DNA of 64,000 bases from Candidatus Adlerbacteria bacterium (GCA_026397405.1 JAPLUW010000001.1:239825-303824); one strand, 5' to 3'. Shown: positions 47,414 through 57,027, numbered from the stretch's first letter. Notes: generated from the letters alone by a model not told the origin. Made by a program: numbers and translations.

Positions 47414-48241
47414 ATGAAGTTAATTTCTTGGAACGTAAACGGCATCCGCGCAGTACATAATAAAAATTTGTTTGTGCCGTTTATCGAAGAGTACAAACCC
47501 GACATTTTGTGCCTGCAAGAAACAAAGGCGCAGCAAGCACAGAGCGAAGTTGATCTGCCTGACTATGAAGAATATTGGAACTCAGCGGTAAAAAAGGGCT
47601 ACAGCGGCACGGCCATCTTTGTGCGAACAAAGATAAATAAAGAGATTACCAAACACAAACCACTTGCGGTGTTGCTGGGTCTGCCAGAAGATATTGCAAA
47701 AAAATATAAGCTCGACGGTGATGAATATGGCGACCCAAATGCCGAAGGCCGCGTGCTTGCCGCAGAGTTTGAAAAATATTATGTAGTAACTGTATACACG
47801 CCAAATTCCAAAGAAGATCTTTCGCGCCTCTCATTGCGCCACACACAATGGGACCCAGCCTTTTTGGAATATATGAAACGTCTCGAAGAAAAAAAGCCTG
47901 TAATGTTTTGCGGCGACTTAAATGTTGCCCACCAGGAAATCGACTTGGCCAACCCAAAAGCAAATGTTGGCAAGCATGGTTTCACAGCAGAAGAGCGCGA
48001 AGGAATAGACAAAGTAGTTGCGGCCGGGTTTGTAGATACTTTTCGCCATCTGCACCCCACTACTGAGAAGGCCTACAGCTGGTGGAGCCACTTTGCTAAC
48101 TCGCGTGCACGTAACGTTGGCTGGCGTATCGACTACTGGTTTGCCTCAAAGTCCCTCACGAAACACCTGAAAAACGCTGAAGTCCTGCCTGCCGTGATGG
48201 GTTCCGACCACTGTCCTGTCTTATTGGAGGTTGATATATAA
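47414..48241 (+). CDS. xth: exodeoxyribonuclease III (AP endonuclease)
   Basis: MKLISWNVNG, CLQETK and C-terminal SDHCPV match ExoIII. Start trimmed to the internal Met. Confidence 0.9.
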   Translation: MKLISWNVNGIRAVHNKNLFVPFIEEYKPDILCLQETKAQQAQSEVDLPDYEEYWNSAVKKGYSGTAIFVRTKINKEITKHKPLAVLLGLPEDIAKKYKLDGDEYGDPNAEGRVLAAEFEKYYVVTVYTPNSKEDLSRLSLRHTQWDPAFLEYMKRLEEKKPVMFCGDLNVAHQEIDLANPKANVGKHGFTAEEREGIDKVVAAGFVDTFRHLHPTTEKAYSWWSHFANSRARNVGWRIDYWFASKSLTKHLKNAEVLPAVMGSDHCPVLLEVDI

Positions 48242-48253
48242 CTTAAACCTCGC

Positions 48254-48964
48254 CTACTTATTTAGAGCAAAAGGATTGAAGTTGGTTCCGTGGTCGTACG
48301 TATCGAGCCCTTCTTTGTGTTTAATAATACGTATAACTTTTCGTGTTACGGGAAGCGCGAGTATTTCCCACAGAGTACAAAAGACAACGGTTGTTGTGAT
48401 AAGTGGCACAAGTTCGCTAAAGGTAAACCATCCGGCAAAATAAAACGCGATAAAGAATGCCAGCCCATTGTCGACTATCTGTCCAAAGAACGTCGATATA
48501 GTGAGTCGCGCACTAATATATCTGCCTTCGTTCCAGAGTTTCATCTTGGCAACAATATACGAATTTGTAAGTTCTCCACAGAAAAACGCAAAAATAAAAC
48601 CGATGGCGACGACGGGTGCAGACCTGAAGATTAAATTATACGAGTCGTTATATTCGAACGAGGGGTTTGGGATATAGGTATAGATAGATGCAAGCGTGCC
48701 TGCGAGCAACATGCAGCTAAATCCGGTCCACACAATTTTCCGAGTGACTCGGTAGCCATACACTTCAGTGTAAATATCCGCGAAGATGTAGACCAATGGG
48801 TATGCAAGTGCCCCGACCGAAAAGACAAGATGGCCTACGTAGAATGTTTTGAGTGCTGTAAACATGCCCACCACTAAAATGGTGACCCAGACCATGCCGA
48901 ATATTCCCAAGTATTTATGGGGCTGGATTGCCGAAACAACGGGTTCGGTGATTAAATTTTTCAT
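48254..48964 (-). CDS. YhhQ/VUT-family queuosine-precursor transporter
   Basis: 236 aa with 6 TM. AYPLVYIFADIYTEVYGY matches DUF165/YhhQ. Confidence 0.8.
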   Translation of the reverse strand: MKNLITEPVVSAIQPHKYLGIFGMVWVTILVVGMFTALKTFYVGHLVFSVGALAYPLVYIFADIYTEVYGYRVTRKIVWTGFSCMLLAGTLASIYTYIPNPSFEYNDSYNLIFRSAPVVAIGFIFAFFCGELTNSYIVAKMKLWNEGRYISARLTISTFFGQIVDNGLAFFIAFYFAGWFTFSELVPLITTTVVFCTLWEILALPVTRKVIRIIKHKEGLDTYDHGTNFNPFALNK

Positions 48965-49125
48965 GGCCTCAGTAATTTCAAGTGTAGAGGAATTCCAAGA
49001 TTCCGCTGTTTTTATTTAAATTTCTCACCAGTTCTAATTTTGCTTTTATTTCCAATAGTATTTACACGCCCATATGTCCAAAAAATGGACACAAGAGCGG
49101 AAGTTTTGTATTATGTACGGTACGT

Positions 49126-49887
49126 ATGTTGTGGAATGAAGAACAGCGGCAGGCACTTGGGTTGAAGAAAAAAGAGCAGCGGTTGTTGGACGCGCTGCAT
49201 AAAAAAGGAGTACTCAACACTATGGAGTTGGCGTTTGAAGCTAAGCTCCCTCGTGTTACGGCCATGCGGTTGCTCAAAATTTTGCGCGAGCGTGGATTTG
49301 TTGCCCGGCAAACATTGTTAAACGAAGTGCGTTGGTCGCTGGTGCGGCCGGAGCTCCACATAAAACGTTTGCAAAAAATTTTTGCCGACATGCCCGGGAG
49401 TTCTGGAAAGACCACACTCCCCCTCTCTGACGTTGCACAGGTCACTGTGTTTCGTGGAGCAGACGAGATGTACCAAACTAACGTGAAATTTCTTGCGGCT
49501 CACGCAGGCGAGCGTTTGTATGCAATAGAGCCCAGCGGTATGTGGCGACACATAGTGCAGGTGCCTGTCGAAAAGTGGTTGCATGTAAACCATCTTATCG
49601 GGCAAAAGAAAATTGTTGTGGAGGCTATTGTGGAAGAAGATTTTGAAATACAGATATACAAATACGCGAATAAATATCTTTTAGAAAGTCTGACCGGGCT
49701 TACAAGCGAACTCCATAGTATTCCCAAGGGATATTTAAAATCTTCAACCGAAGTGCTTATATTCCGTGACCAAGCACTCTTCCTCGACTGGGAACAATTG
49801 GTTGGTGTTGAAATAAAAAACTCAAGCACCGTGCATTTGCTTAAAGGGATGTTTACACTTTTAAAATCACAGAGTCGACGAATTTAG
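49126..49887 (+). CDS. TrmB-like winged-helix transcriptional regulator
   Basis: N-terminal wHTH (LLDALHKKGVLNTMELAFEAKLPRVTAMRLLKILRERGFV). Confidence 0.5.
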   Translation: MLWNEEQRQALGLKKKEQRLLDALHKKGVLNTMELAFEAKLPRVTAMRLLKILRERGFVARQTLLNEVRWSLVRPELHIKRLQKIFADMPGSSGKTTLPLSDVAQVTVFRGADEMYQTNVKFLAAHAGERLYAIEPSGMWRHIVQVPVEKWLHVNHLIGQKKIVVEAIVEEDFEIQIYKYANKYLLESLTGLTSELHSIPKGYLKSSTEVLIFRDQALFLDWEQLVGVEIKNSSTVHLLKGMFTLLKSQSRRI

Positions 49888-50126
49888 AAATTTTTATAGG
49901 TGTCCTCATTTCGGCGACTTATTTCTATTATCTGAATAGTGTCCGCACGTTTCTGGTAGATAATTCGTATACTCTGCACGCGCACGCGGAAGATATCATC
50001 AAAACCTTTCAATTTTTTAATATCAAGGTCCTGGGTATTTCCTGAAAGTACTATTTGAATCGTTTCCCGGACAGTTCCCCGCTCTTTTGGCGAGAGTCTC
50101 GCTAGAAATTTTTGAATTTTATCCAT
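49884..50126 (-). CDS. type II toxin, RelE/ParE family
   Basis: 80 aa; KKLKGFDDIFRVRVQSIRIIYQ. It overlaps the antitoxin gene by 8 nt. Confidence 0.7.
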   Translation of the reverse strand: MDKIQKFLARLSPKERGTVRETIQIVLSGNTQDLDIKKLKGFDDIFRVRVQSIRIIYQKRADTIQIIEISRRNEDTYKNF

Positions 50127-50370
50127 CCAATTTCTTCAGGGCAGCAAGAACATCCCTTCCAGAGACGCCGTTTTTGTTGATTTCTGTAAAGTCTATGACT
50201 GTTTCCCAGCCCATCTCTTCACTGTCTACAGGCATAAGACGGAAGATTGGTGTCGAGCGGCGAAAGACAGTTATAGAGTCGCCTTTGTCTACAGCATCAA
50301 TATACTTCTCCATATTTTCACGGAGTTCTTTCAAACCAACCGTAGTTTGTTTTGTAGACTTGGTATTCAT
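50119..50370 (-). CDS. type II antitoxin, Phd/YefM-like
   Basis: 83 aa, placed directly upstream of the toxin. Central VFRRSTPIFRLMPVDSEE motif. Confidence 0.65.
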   Translation of the reverse strand: MNTKSTKQTTVGLKELRENMEKYIDAVDKGDSITVFRRSTPIFRLMPVDSEEMGWETVIDFTEINKNGVSGRDVLAALKKLDG

Positions 50371-50376
50371 AGATAT

Positions 50377-50398
50377 AAGTTTATCTTAAGGTAAACTT
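50377..50398. promoter_or_regulatory. Palindrome AAGTTTA-N8-TAAACTT directly upstream of the antitoxin start, a candidate TA operator
   Basis: Perfect 7-bp inverted repeat, 7-28 nt upstream of the start codon. Confidence 0.4.
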
Positions 50399-50418
50399 TG
50401 TGTCAATTAGGTGAATAG

Positions 50419-50454
50419 ATAAAAAGAAAAACGCCGAGACAAGAAGTCCGGCGT
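50419..50454 (-). terminator. rho-independent terminator of the small membrane gene
   Basis: ACGCCG-N12-CGGCGT followed on the minus strand by TTTTCTTTTT. Confidence 0.5.
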
Positions 50455-50479
50455 TTGGAGTGAAAACTGAGAGGTTATT

Positions 50480-50743
50480 TTAATTCCAGTACTTCTCATT
50501 CATATAGCCCCACAGATATAAGTTCAAAAGGGGCACAATAATGGCAAGCACCAGACCAACGAGGAGGAAAATCGACCTTCTCCTTCCACCGTTTGCCGTG
50601 GTGCCTCTCATGACCCATGGAATAAGAGGATTCATAAGAAGGGTACTGATGAACGCTGGTAGAATAATTAGCTTAAGCAGCAACATAGCGCACTCCTCTG
50701 CCTTGCTGGGCGATTGTTTCGACGAACTCGGTACTGCATACAT
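50480..50743 (-). CDS. small membrane protein (hypothetical)
   Basis: Two TM helices. Confidence 0.4.
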   Translation of the reverse strand: MYAVPSSSKQSPSKAEECAMLLLKLIILPAFISTLLMNPLIPWVMRGTTANGGRRRSIFLLVGLVLAIIVPLLNLYLWGYMNEKYWN

Positions 50744-50830
50744 AATAGCACTTTAAAACCTTGATGTCAATAAATACTGATGATAAAAAATTGACACAAA
50801 AGCATTATAAATGCTAGAGTTTTAAGGAAG

Positions 50831-51595
50831 ATGTCAAAAAATATTGATGAAAATACAAATAAGGAGCTTTTAAGCAATTTGGAGGCTCTGGGCCTGTCCG
50901 ACAAGGAAGCTCGGGTGTATTTGGCCTTACTTCCCCGCCAAGATACGGGTACTTCCAACTTAATTAGGGCAACGGGGCTGCACGGGCAGTTTGTATACCA
51001 AGCCTTGGAGCGGCTGGAAGAGTTGGGGCTGGCCAAGCATGTCGTGCAAAGCGGCCGCAAGAAATTTAGCGCTGGCTCGCCCGAGCGAATACTCTCACTT
51101 GTTGAAGAAAAAAAGTTGGCGGCCCAGGCAGTGGTGCGGCAGCTCAAAGAGCAGTTTGCCGGCAAGCACGAACAGAGCTTCGAGGTCTTTCAAGGTGACT
51201 CGGCGTTTGTCGCCCACGAGTTTGCGTTGCTTGAAGCAATGCCTGAGGGGGGCGTTATTGATGTGCTCGGGGGCGGAGGTGACAAATATGTGGGGTTGAT
51301 GGGTCACGAGATGAACGAGTACGAAAAACTGCGTGTAAGCAAAAAAGTAGCTGTGCGGTACATCAGCACAGCTGGGAACCATAATTATTTGAAGATAATG
51401 GCTCAAACACGTGAGTTTTTTGACTACCGTGTTCTGCCCGACGCCGCGTCAGGCGTAGACACTGACATTTTGATGGATAAAATAATCTTCCATCTCTTTG
51501 GAGAGCCGGTTGTCTCTTTTACCTTTACAAACAAAGTGATATCGGACGGATACCGGAGGTTTTTTGAGGTGTTGTGGAACCTTTCGAGTAAGTAA
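50831..51595 (+). CDS. TrmB-family transcriptional regulator
   Basis: LGLSDKEARVYLALL N-terminal TrmB signature. Confidence 0.75.
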   Translation: MSKNIDENTNKELLSNLEALGLSDKEARVYLALLPRQDTGTSNLIRATGLHGQFVYQALERLEELGLAKHVVQSGRKKFSAGSPERILSLVEEKKLAAQAVVRQLKEQFAGKHEQSFEVFQGDSAFVAHEFALLEAMPEGGVIDVLGGGGDKYVGLMGHEMNEYEKLRVSKKVAVRYISTAGNHNYLKIMAQTREFFDYRVLPDAASGVDTDILMDKIIFHLFGEPVVSFTFTNKVISDGYRRFFEVLWNLSSK

Positions 51596-51997
51596 ATTTG
51601 GGCACAATTAAACCCGCAACGCCGGAGTAGGTGGTTGCGGGCTCTGTGCCTGCTTCTGAAGTGACTTCTTCAAAAAGAACTAAAGAACTAACTTATTGGG
51701 TCGAAAAACGTAATACCTCGTAATCCAAAATTATTTAAGAATTTGTGAATATACGTACTCGGCTCAACATCAGCTACGAACACTGCTGAAGTTTCTTCGG
51801 AAACGGGAACACATTTGTGCGCTGCAGCGCAAGATTATGTATCGAAAGAACTTGTGCTCAAAAATTTAATCTAGTACAACCGCAGGGCAGTGGTTGCAAA
51901 ACATTTCCTTAATAAGCTCTGAGACAACTGTATGTTTTATAAAGGACAGTGTAAAGGACATATAAAAGACAAACTGGGGATAACCCAGTTTCTAGCC

Positions 51998-53473
51998 TTA
52001 ATTAACAAAGTATTTCTTCTGAATTTCTTTAATACTCTCTTCCTCTAACTCCTCTTTTTTCTCTTTTCCTGCGTCCCCTATTGCACGTAAATCTTTATCT
52101 GAAAGTTTAACGAGTTCCAGTATTTTTGCTTCTAAATATTCTTTTGTATTTAACTTCGGGTCTTCCAACACCTCTTCAAGCAGTGCATGCAGGAGCCAAC
52201 CAATACGCGGGCCGGCTTTCTCCCCCGTTACCTCCATAATCCTCTTCCCGTCTATAGCGAGCATACCAACAGAAATTGGGTCACGCAGAGCCTCTTCTAT
52301 CATTGCCTGGTATTTGCGCAGACGGAAGGGCTGTTCTTTAGGCCTGCCAGTGCCTATACGGTCGCATATGCGTAGTTCGATGAGCTTTTCGATGTTATCC
52401 CTACCTACGTTGGTTATGATGCGTCTGACGGCAGATAACGTGATTTTATCGGGGTCAGAAAAGAACATGTGCCACCGGACCATCCGTTCGGCATTTTCTA
52501 TAGTTTCACGTGAAAATTTAAGCGCTTCCAAGGCCTTTTTTGTGATGCGCGCACCTACGACGTCGTGGCCGTGGAAGGTCCAGTCGTGCTTTTCGTCTGA
52601 CCAACGACGGCTCGCAGGCTTGCCTATGTCATGAAACAAGGCGGCTAGGCGTACTTCGAAGCTCCAGTTTTTGTCAGCTGCGTGCTGCAGAGCGCGTATG
52701 TTGTGTTCAAACACGTCAAAGCTGTGGGCCTGGTTTTGCTCTACCCCTATCCCCTTTTCCAAGTCTGGAGCGATATATCCTAAAATTCCTATACTTTGAG
52801 CCAAAATAATAGCGTTCATCGGCTTGGCTGAGTTTAAAATACGCACAAATTCGTCGCGGATACGTTCTTTTGAAATTTTGCCCAGCTGGGAGGCACATTT
52901 TTGCATTGCGGCCTTTGTTTCAGCCTCAATTGTAAAGCCTAACTCTGCCGAAATACGTATTGCACGCATAATACGCAACGCATCTTCGGCAAAACGCTCC
53001 TCTGGCTCCCCTACGGCGCGCACCACGCCTGCGGCTGTGTCCTTTATGCCGCCATAAAGGTCAAGAAGCTTTTTTTTAGCTGGGTCGTACGCCATCGCAT
53101 TGATGGTAAAGTCGCGGCGCTTAAGGTCATCTTCGATATGTTTGCTAAAAATAACGTTGTCAGGCCTGCGAGCGTCGCTATACTTCCCTTCTAGGCGGTA
53201 CGGCGTTGCTTCGACAATCTTTACATTTTCGTTTGTAGCGTCGTCATTTACGATACCGACAGTGCCAAATTCGTTGGTATAGAAGGTGTTTTCGAACAAA
53301 CTCTGGATTTCTTCCGGGTTGGCGTTGGTAGTTATGTCCCAGTCTTTAGGCGTGCGGCCAAGCAACAGGTCGCGCACGCACCCTCCTACTATCCAGACCT
53401 CGAAGCCGGCCTTGGTAAACGTTTCGGTTATTCGTGAAACCTCCGCGGGTATTTGGTCTTCGAGGAGTTGCAT
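51998..53473 (-). CDS. cca: CCA tRNA nucleotidyltransferase with HD domain
   Basis: GGCVRDLLLG, DxD and the HD motif FHDIGK. Confidence 0.9.
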   Translation of the reverse strand: MQLLEDQIPAEVSRITETFTKAGFEVWIVGGCVRDLLLGRTPKDWDITTNANPEEIQSLFENTFYTNEFGTVGIVNDDATNENVKIVEATPYRLEGKYSDARRPDNVIFSKHIEDDLKRRDFTINAMAYDPAKKKLLDLYGGIKDTAAGVVRAVGEPEERFAEDALRIMRAIRISAELGFTIEAETKAAMQKCASQLGKISKERIRDEFVRILNSAKPMNAIILAQSIGILGYIAPDLEKGIGVEQNQAHSFDVFEHNIRALQHAADKNWSFEVRLAALFHDIGKPASRRWSDEKHDWTFHGHDVVGARITKKALEALKFSRETIENAERMVRWHMFFSDPDKITLSAVRRIITNVGRDNIEKLIELRICDRIGTGRPKEQPFRLRKYQAMIEEALRDPISVGMLAIDGKRIMEVTGEKAGPRIGWLLHALLEEVLEDPKLNTKEYLEAKILELVKLSDKDLRAIGDAGKEKKEELEEESIKEIQKKYFVN

Positions 53474-53499
53474 GGCAGAATTCTAACACGCCAGTAGGA

Positions 53500-53571
53500 G
53501 CTCCCGTGGTGAAATGGATATCATGTCTGCCTTCGAAGCAGCTGTTCCAGGTTCGAATCCTGGCGGGAGCA
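53500..53571 (+). tRNA. tRNA-Arg (anticodon TCG)
   Basis: Acceptor GCTCCCG/CGGGAGC, T-arm CCAGG-TTCGAAT-CCTGG, anticodon loop CTTCGAA, 4-nt variable loop. Confidence 0.85.
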
Positions 53572-53626
53572 CACGCGACGTGTGCCTAGACAAAAGTTTG
53601 TGATATAGTCTTCAGTGTTTGCGGAT

Positions 53627-53697
53627 GCGGATATGGTTTAGTGGTAGAACACATCCTTGCCAAGGATGAGACGGGAGTTCGATTCTCCCTATCCGCA
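53627..53697 (+). tRNA. tRNA-Gly (anticodon GCC)
   Basis: Acceptor GCGGATA/TATCCGC, anticodon stem CATCC/GGATG, loop TTGCCAA, T-arm GGGAG-TTCGATT-CTCCC. Confidence 0.9.
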
Positions 53698-53974
53698 CTA
53701 GGAACGACCAAAATGAAAGATTTCTTTCATTTTTAAGAGACGACGTGCGAAACAAGCTCTGCTTATCCGCACTAAGTACGATATAAGATAAAAGACGTCT
53801 ATGGTGTGGACAATAGATCTCTTGAAAAATAAAGACATATCCACTTTTCTGGGGATAACTATGGGGACAGGTGTATTAAAGACGTGTCTTTAAGTGGGTT
53901 TTATGGCTTATAATGGCATGTAGTGTTTCTAAGATGACACTTTATAGGTTATTTGGTTCACATGAAACAGTTTC

Positions 53975-54388
53975 ATGGAAAAGACTAAAAAGAGAGAAAT
54001 AGGCGACTTAGGCGAGGATATAGCCTCGAAATATCTTGAAAAGAGGGGATATATTGTCTTGGATAGGAACTACCTCAAACCCTGGGGCGAATTGGACATT
54101 GTTGCTCGTAAGGACAAAAAGCTCCATTTTATTGAGGTTAAGACCGTCCGCCGTGAGTCGGGACAGGTTTCACGTGAAGCAGGTGGGGATGTTACACGTG
54201 GCACAGTTAGGCCGGAAGAGAATATGCACAAAAAGAAAGTTATGAGGTTACACAGGGCCTTGCAGACGTATATGATGGAAAAGAAGGTGGGCGGGGAAGT
54301 AGAGTGGCAAATAGACCTTGCCTGCGTTTACTTGGATTTTTCGTCCAGGCGCGCTACAGTGGAGCTGTTCGAGAATATTATTCTATAA
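53975..54388 (+). CDS. YraN-family (UPF0102) putative endonuclease
   Basis: GDLGEDIASKYLEKRGYIVLDRNY...GELDIVARKD...HFIEVKT. Confidence 0.8.
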   Translation: MEKTKKREIGDLGEDIASKYLEKRGYIVLDRNYLKPWGELDIVARKDKKLHFIEVKTVRRESGQVSREAGGDVTRGTVRPEENMHKKKVMRLHRALQTYMMEKKVGGEVEWQIDLACVYLDFSSRRATVELFENIIL

Positions 54389-54439
54389 GTAGGGAAGCGG
54401 GGTATCGTATATCGGTAGTACGCTTGCTTTGGGAGCAAG

Positions 54440-55348
54440 ATGGCTCAGTTCGATTCTGAGTACCCCGACAAAATTAATCGTATGGAACGGCTAACTCTTG
54501 TAACAAAACCGTCCGACGGGTATGAACTACTCGACTCGGGTGGGGAAGAGAAGCTTGAGCGATTTGGCGATGTTGTGCTTCGCAGACCGGACCCGCAGGC
54601 GTTGTGGCCTAAAAAGTTAGGAGAGAGCGAATGGAATAAAGCCACAGGCACGTATGTGCGTGAGGGTGGGGAAGGTGGCAAATGGGTGGGGAAGCTGCCT
54701 ACAGAGTGGAAAATAAGTTTTGGAGGATTGCAATTTCTGGTCAAACCAACCTCGTTTAAGCACACAGGGTTGTTTCCTGAGCAGGAGTCAAATTGGGTTT
54801 GGACTGCTGAACAAATTTCTAAAGTTGGTAGGGAAGTCTCCGTTCTCAATCTCTTTGGTTACACAGGTGGTGCAACGCTTGCTGCGGCAAAAGCTGGAGC
54901 GCAGGTGACGCATGTAGATGCATCAAAGACAGCAGTTGCGTGGGCACGCGAAAATGCACAAGCGTCGGGGTTGGAAGAAGCACCTATACGGTGGATTACT
55001 GAAGACGTGCTGTTGTTTGTCCGCCGCGAAATTGCACGTGGGAAGAAGTATGACGGCATTATCATGGACCCGCCAGCATTTGGGCACGGGCCAAAAAACG
55101 AAATTTGGAAGATAGAAGAGAATTTGATTGAACTTATAGACCTCTGCGGCCAACTTTTGTCGGACCAACCACTCTTCTTTTTGGTAAACGGCTACGCGGC
55201 AGGATATTCGCCTTTGGCGTTTGCATACAACTTGGAGCAATTTGAAAAAAAGTACGGCGGGGCACTAGAATATGGCGATTTAGGGATTGAGGAGCAGGGA
55301 AGTGGCCGCATACTTCCTGCTGGTATTTTTGCTCGGTGGAAAAAGTAG
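54440..55348 (+). CDS. class I SAM-dependent RNA methyltransferase (RlmI/RlmK-like)
   Basis: LNLFGYTGGATLAAAKAGA and DPPAFG motifs. Confidence 0.75.
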   Translation: MAQFDSEYPDKINRMERLTLVTKPSDGYELLDSGGEEKLERFGDVVLRRPDPQALWPKKLGESEWNKATGTYVREGGEGGKWVGKLPTEWKISFGGLQFLVKPTSFKHTGLFPEQESNWVWTAEQISKVGREVSVLNLFGYTGGATLAAAKAGAQVTHVDASKTAVAWARENAQASGLEEAPIRWITEDVLLFVRREIARGKKYDGIIMDPPAFGHGPKNEIWKIEENLIELIDLCGQLLSDQPLFFLVNGYAAGYSPLAFAYNLEQFEKKYGGALEYGDLGIEEQGSGRILPAGIFARWKK

Positions 55349-55481
55349 CTTGACAGGTTTTACACTCGGCAGTACGGTGGACATATGGAACGTTCGCAAG
55401 CCCTCTTCGTCTGGATGATTTACCTTCTTACACGAGGGGTTTTTGCAACGCGGTAATCCAACTAAGATACCAAAAAAGATG

Positions 55482-55515
55482 CAAGGACCTCCACAAGGGG
55501 TCCTTGTTTCGTTTC
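55482..55515 (+). terminator. rho-independent terminator after the methyltransferase gene
   Basis: CAAGGACC-N9-GGTCCTTG followed by TTTCGTTTC. Confidence 0.5.
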
Positions 55516-55558
55516 GGGAGACTATTTTAGAGTTCGTTCAAACGCGCTAAGGCGCACA

Positions 55559-56932
55559 ATGGGAGAGAAGATAATGGCTGAATTGGAACAGTTGGCAAAA
55601 GGCCAAGAGACATCGTTCGATGTGCTCGATGCCCACCTTGGGCAGCCGACGCCCGTCTCGTTCGGACCGATGGTGGTCAATGACACCATTCGGTCCGATA
55701 TGGGGCCGTTCAAGAGCTTGCCCGAATACCGGGTGGTCTATCCGCAAACGGTCGTTCAAGCTCTGGCTGTGCTGGTTGCGGAATACAACGCGGCATTCGC
55801 GCCACTTGTGGCTGCTAACCAGGAAACGGACGCCGACTACAGGCACTGCTTCGTCAATGGGGCGCCGATCAACTTCGGCGTTCAGATCGACATGCCGGCC
55901 TTGCCCGAGGCGTTTCTCGCGCTTGCCGTTAGTATGTCGGTGGAACAGGTTGTCGAGATCTTACGGAGACGAATCTTCGAGATCGAAAACTCGCTGGCGA
56001 TGTACCAGCTGCTTAGGAGGCAATTTGCCAGGGGAGGAATTTCCTTCTTTGAAAGTCGCTTCGCCGACTTCATGGACACTCTTCGGCGACATACCGGCAA
56101 GCCAGTTGCTCTGCTGGCTGTCACCGACCAGAAGTACGAGGCGATGCGTAGCTCGGAATTCGGGAAGTCTCTACACGACAAGCTTCCCAAGGAAGAGTTG
56201 CTCGATATATCAGGGTTTGACGCGATGTTCAGCCCTGACGGCTTTTCCCGGCATCTTAGGCAAAACGGCGGGGAAAGTGCATACGCGCTGTATGCACGTA
56301 CGTCCGACCCTGTTGCGGTCTTGAGGGATCCCACGGTTCGTGTGGGACATGAACTTCTTGGCAACAATGAGGTTCGGCACAAGGTGCGGCGGGATGCACT
56401 GACCTTCAATGTTGATACGCCGACTGCAGAACCCTGGCATCGGCTGAATGACACCAAGATGTACATGCCCGCTATGGGTATGGGCGTCTTGCTCCCAGGT
56501 CACGTCGACCTTACAACGTTCCTGAAACGCAGCGCGACGAAGGAGTATTTCGAAGCGTGTGGGGTCGACCCTGAGGCCGTAATCGGAGGGCAAGCTGCTC
56601 TGCGAGCAAAGCCCGCACTCGGAACGTATGGCTGCTATGGCCATATCCACGGCCGTATCGGTGTGAACAAATTTGAGGGCAACCTTAATCGCGAACGGCA
56701 GCGCAGGGGCTCCTACATCCTGCAACCCGAACTGCCTCTTCTCAAGTTGGTCAATGAGCTCGACGAAGAGGACTCCTACATTGCTATCGACCGGAACTTC
56801 CTCGGTTGGAACGGCAATGGATACGACTTCCTTGGTGGATTCCGGTCACTTATGCCGGACAAAACCATGGAAGCGCGTAAGGGTCGAAATCACGGCAGCA
56901 AAGAGACCCTCTGGGCCGAAGTGGTGACCTAA
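55559..56932 (+). CDS. GC-rich 457-aa hypothetical protein, possibly a ligase-like enzyme
   Basis: A long ORF with clearly higher GC than its neighbours. I could not assign a family by eye. Confidence 0.55.
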   Translation: MGEKIMAELEQLAKGQETSFDVLDAHLGQPTPVSFGPMVVNDTIRSDMGPFKSLPEYRVVYPQTVVQALAVLVAEYNAAFAPLVAANQETDADYRHCFVNGAPINFGVQIDMPALPEAFLALAVSMSVEQVVEILRRRIFEIENSLAMYQLLRRQFARGGISFFESRFADFMDTLRRHTGKPVALLAVTDQKYEAMRSSEFGKSLHDKLPKEELLDISGFDAMFSPDGFSRHLRQNGGESAYALYARTSDPVAVLRDPTVRVGHELLGNNEVRHKVRRDALTFNVDTPTAEPWHRLNDTKMYMPAMGMGVLLPGHVDLTTFLKRSATKEYFEACGVDPEAVIGGQAALRAKPALGTYGCYGHIHGRIGVNKFEGNLNRERQRRGSYILQPELPLLKLVNELDEEDSYIAIDRNFLGWNGNGYDFLGGFRSLMPDKTMEARKGRNHGSKETLWAEVVT

Positions 56933-57027
56933 AACCCATTTCGATCGTTTGTACCGGACATTGGTTAGAAGAGGAAACTCTTTCTGCCAATGTCCGGTAT
57001 TTTTTTACCCGCATAGGCAAACATGGT

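Noticed and set aside
48965-49125. preQ1 riboswitch upstream of the yhhQ-type queuosine-precursor transporter
   Set aside because: This family is often preQ1-regulated. The leader lacks a recognisable preQ1-I hairpin plus A-rich tail, or a preQ1-II motif, by eye. An Rfam scan would settle it.
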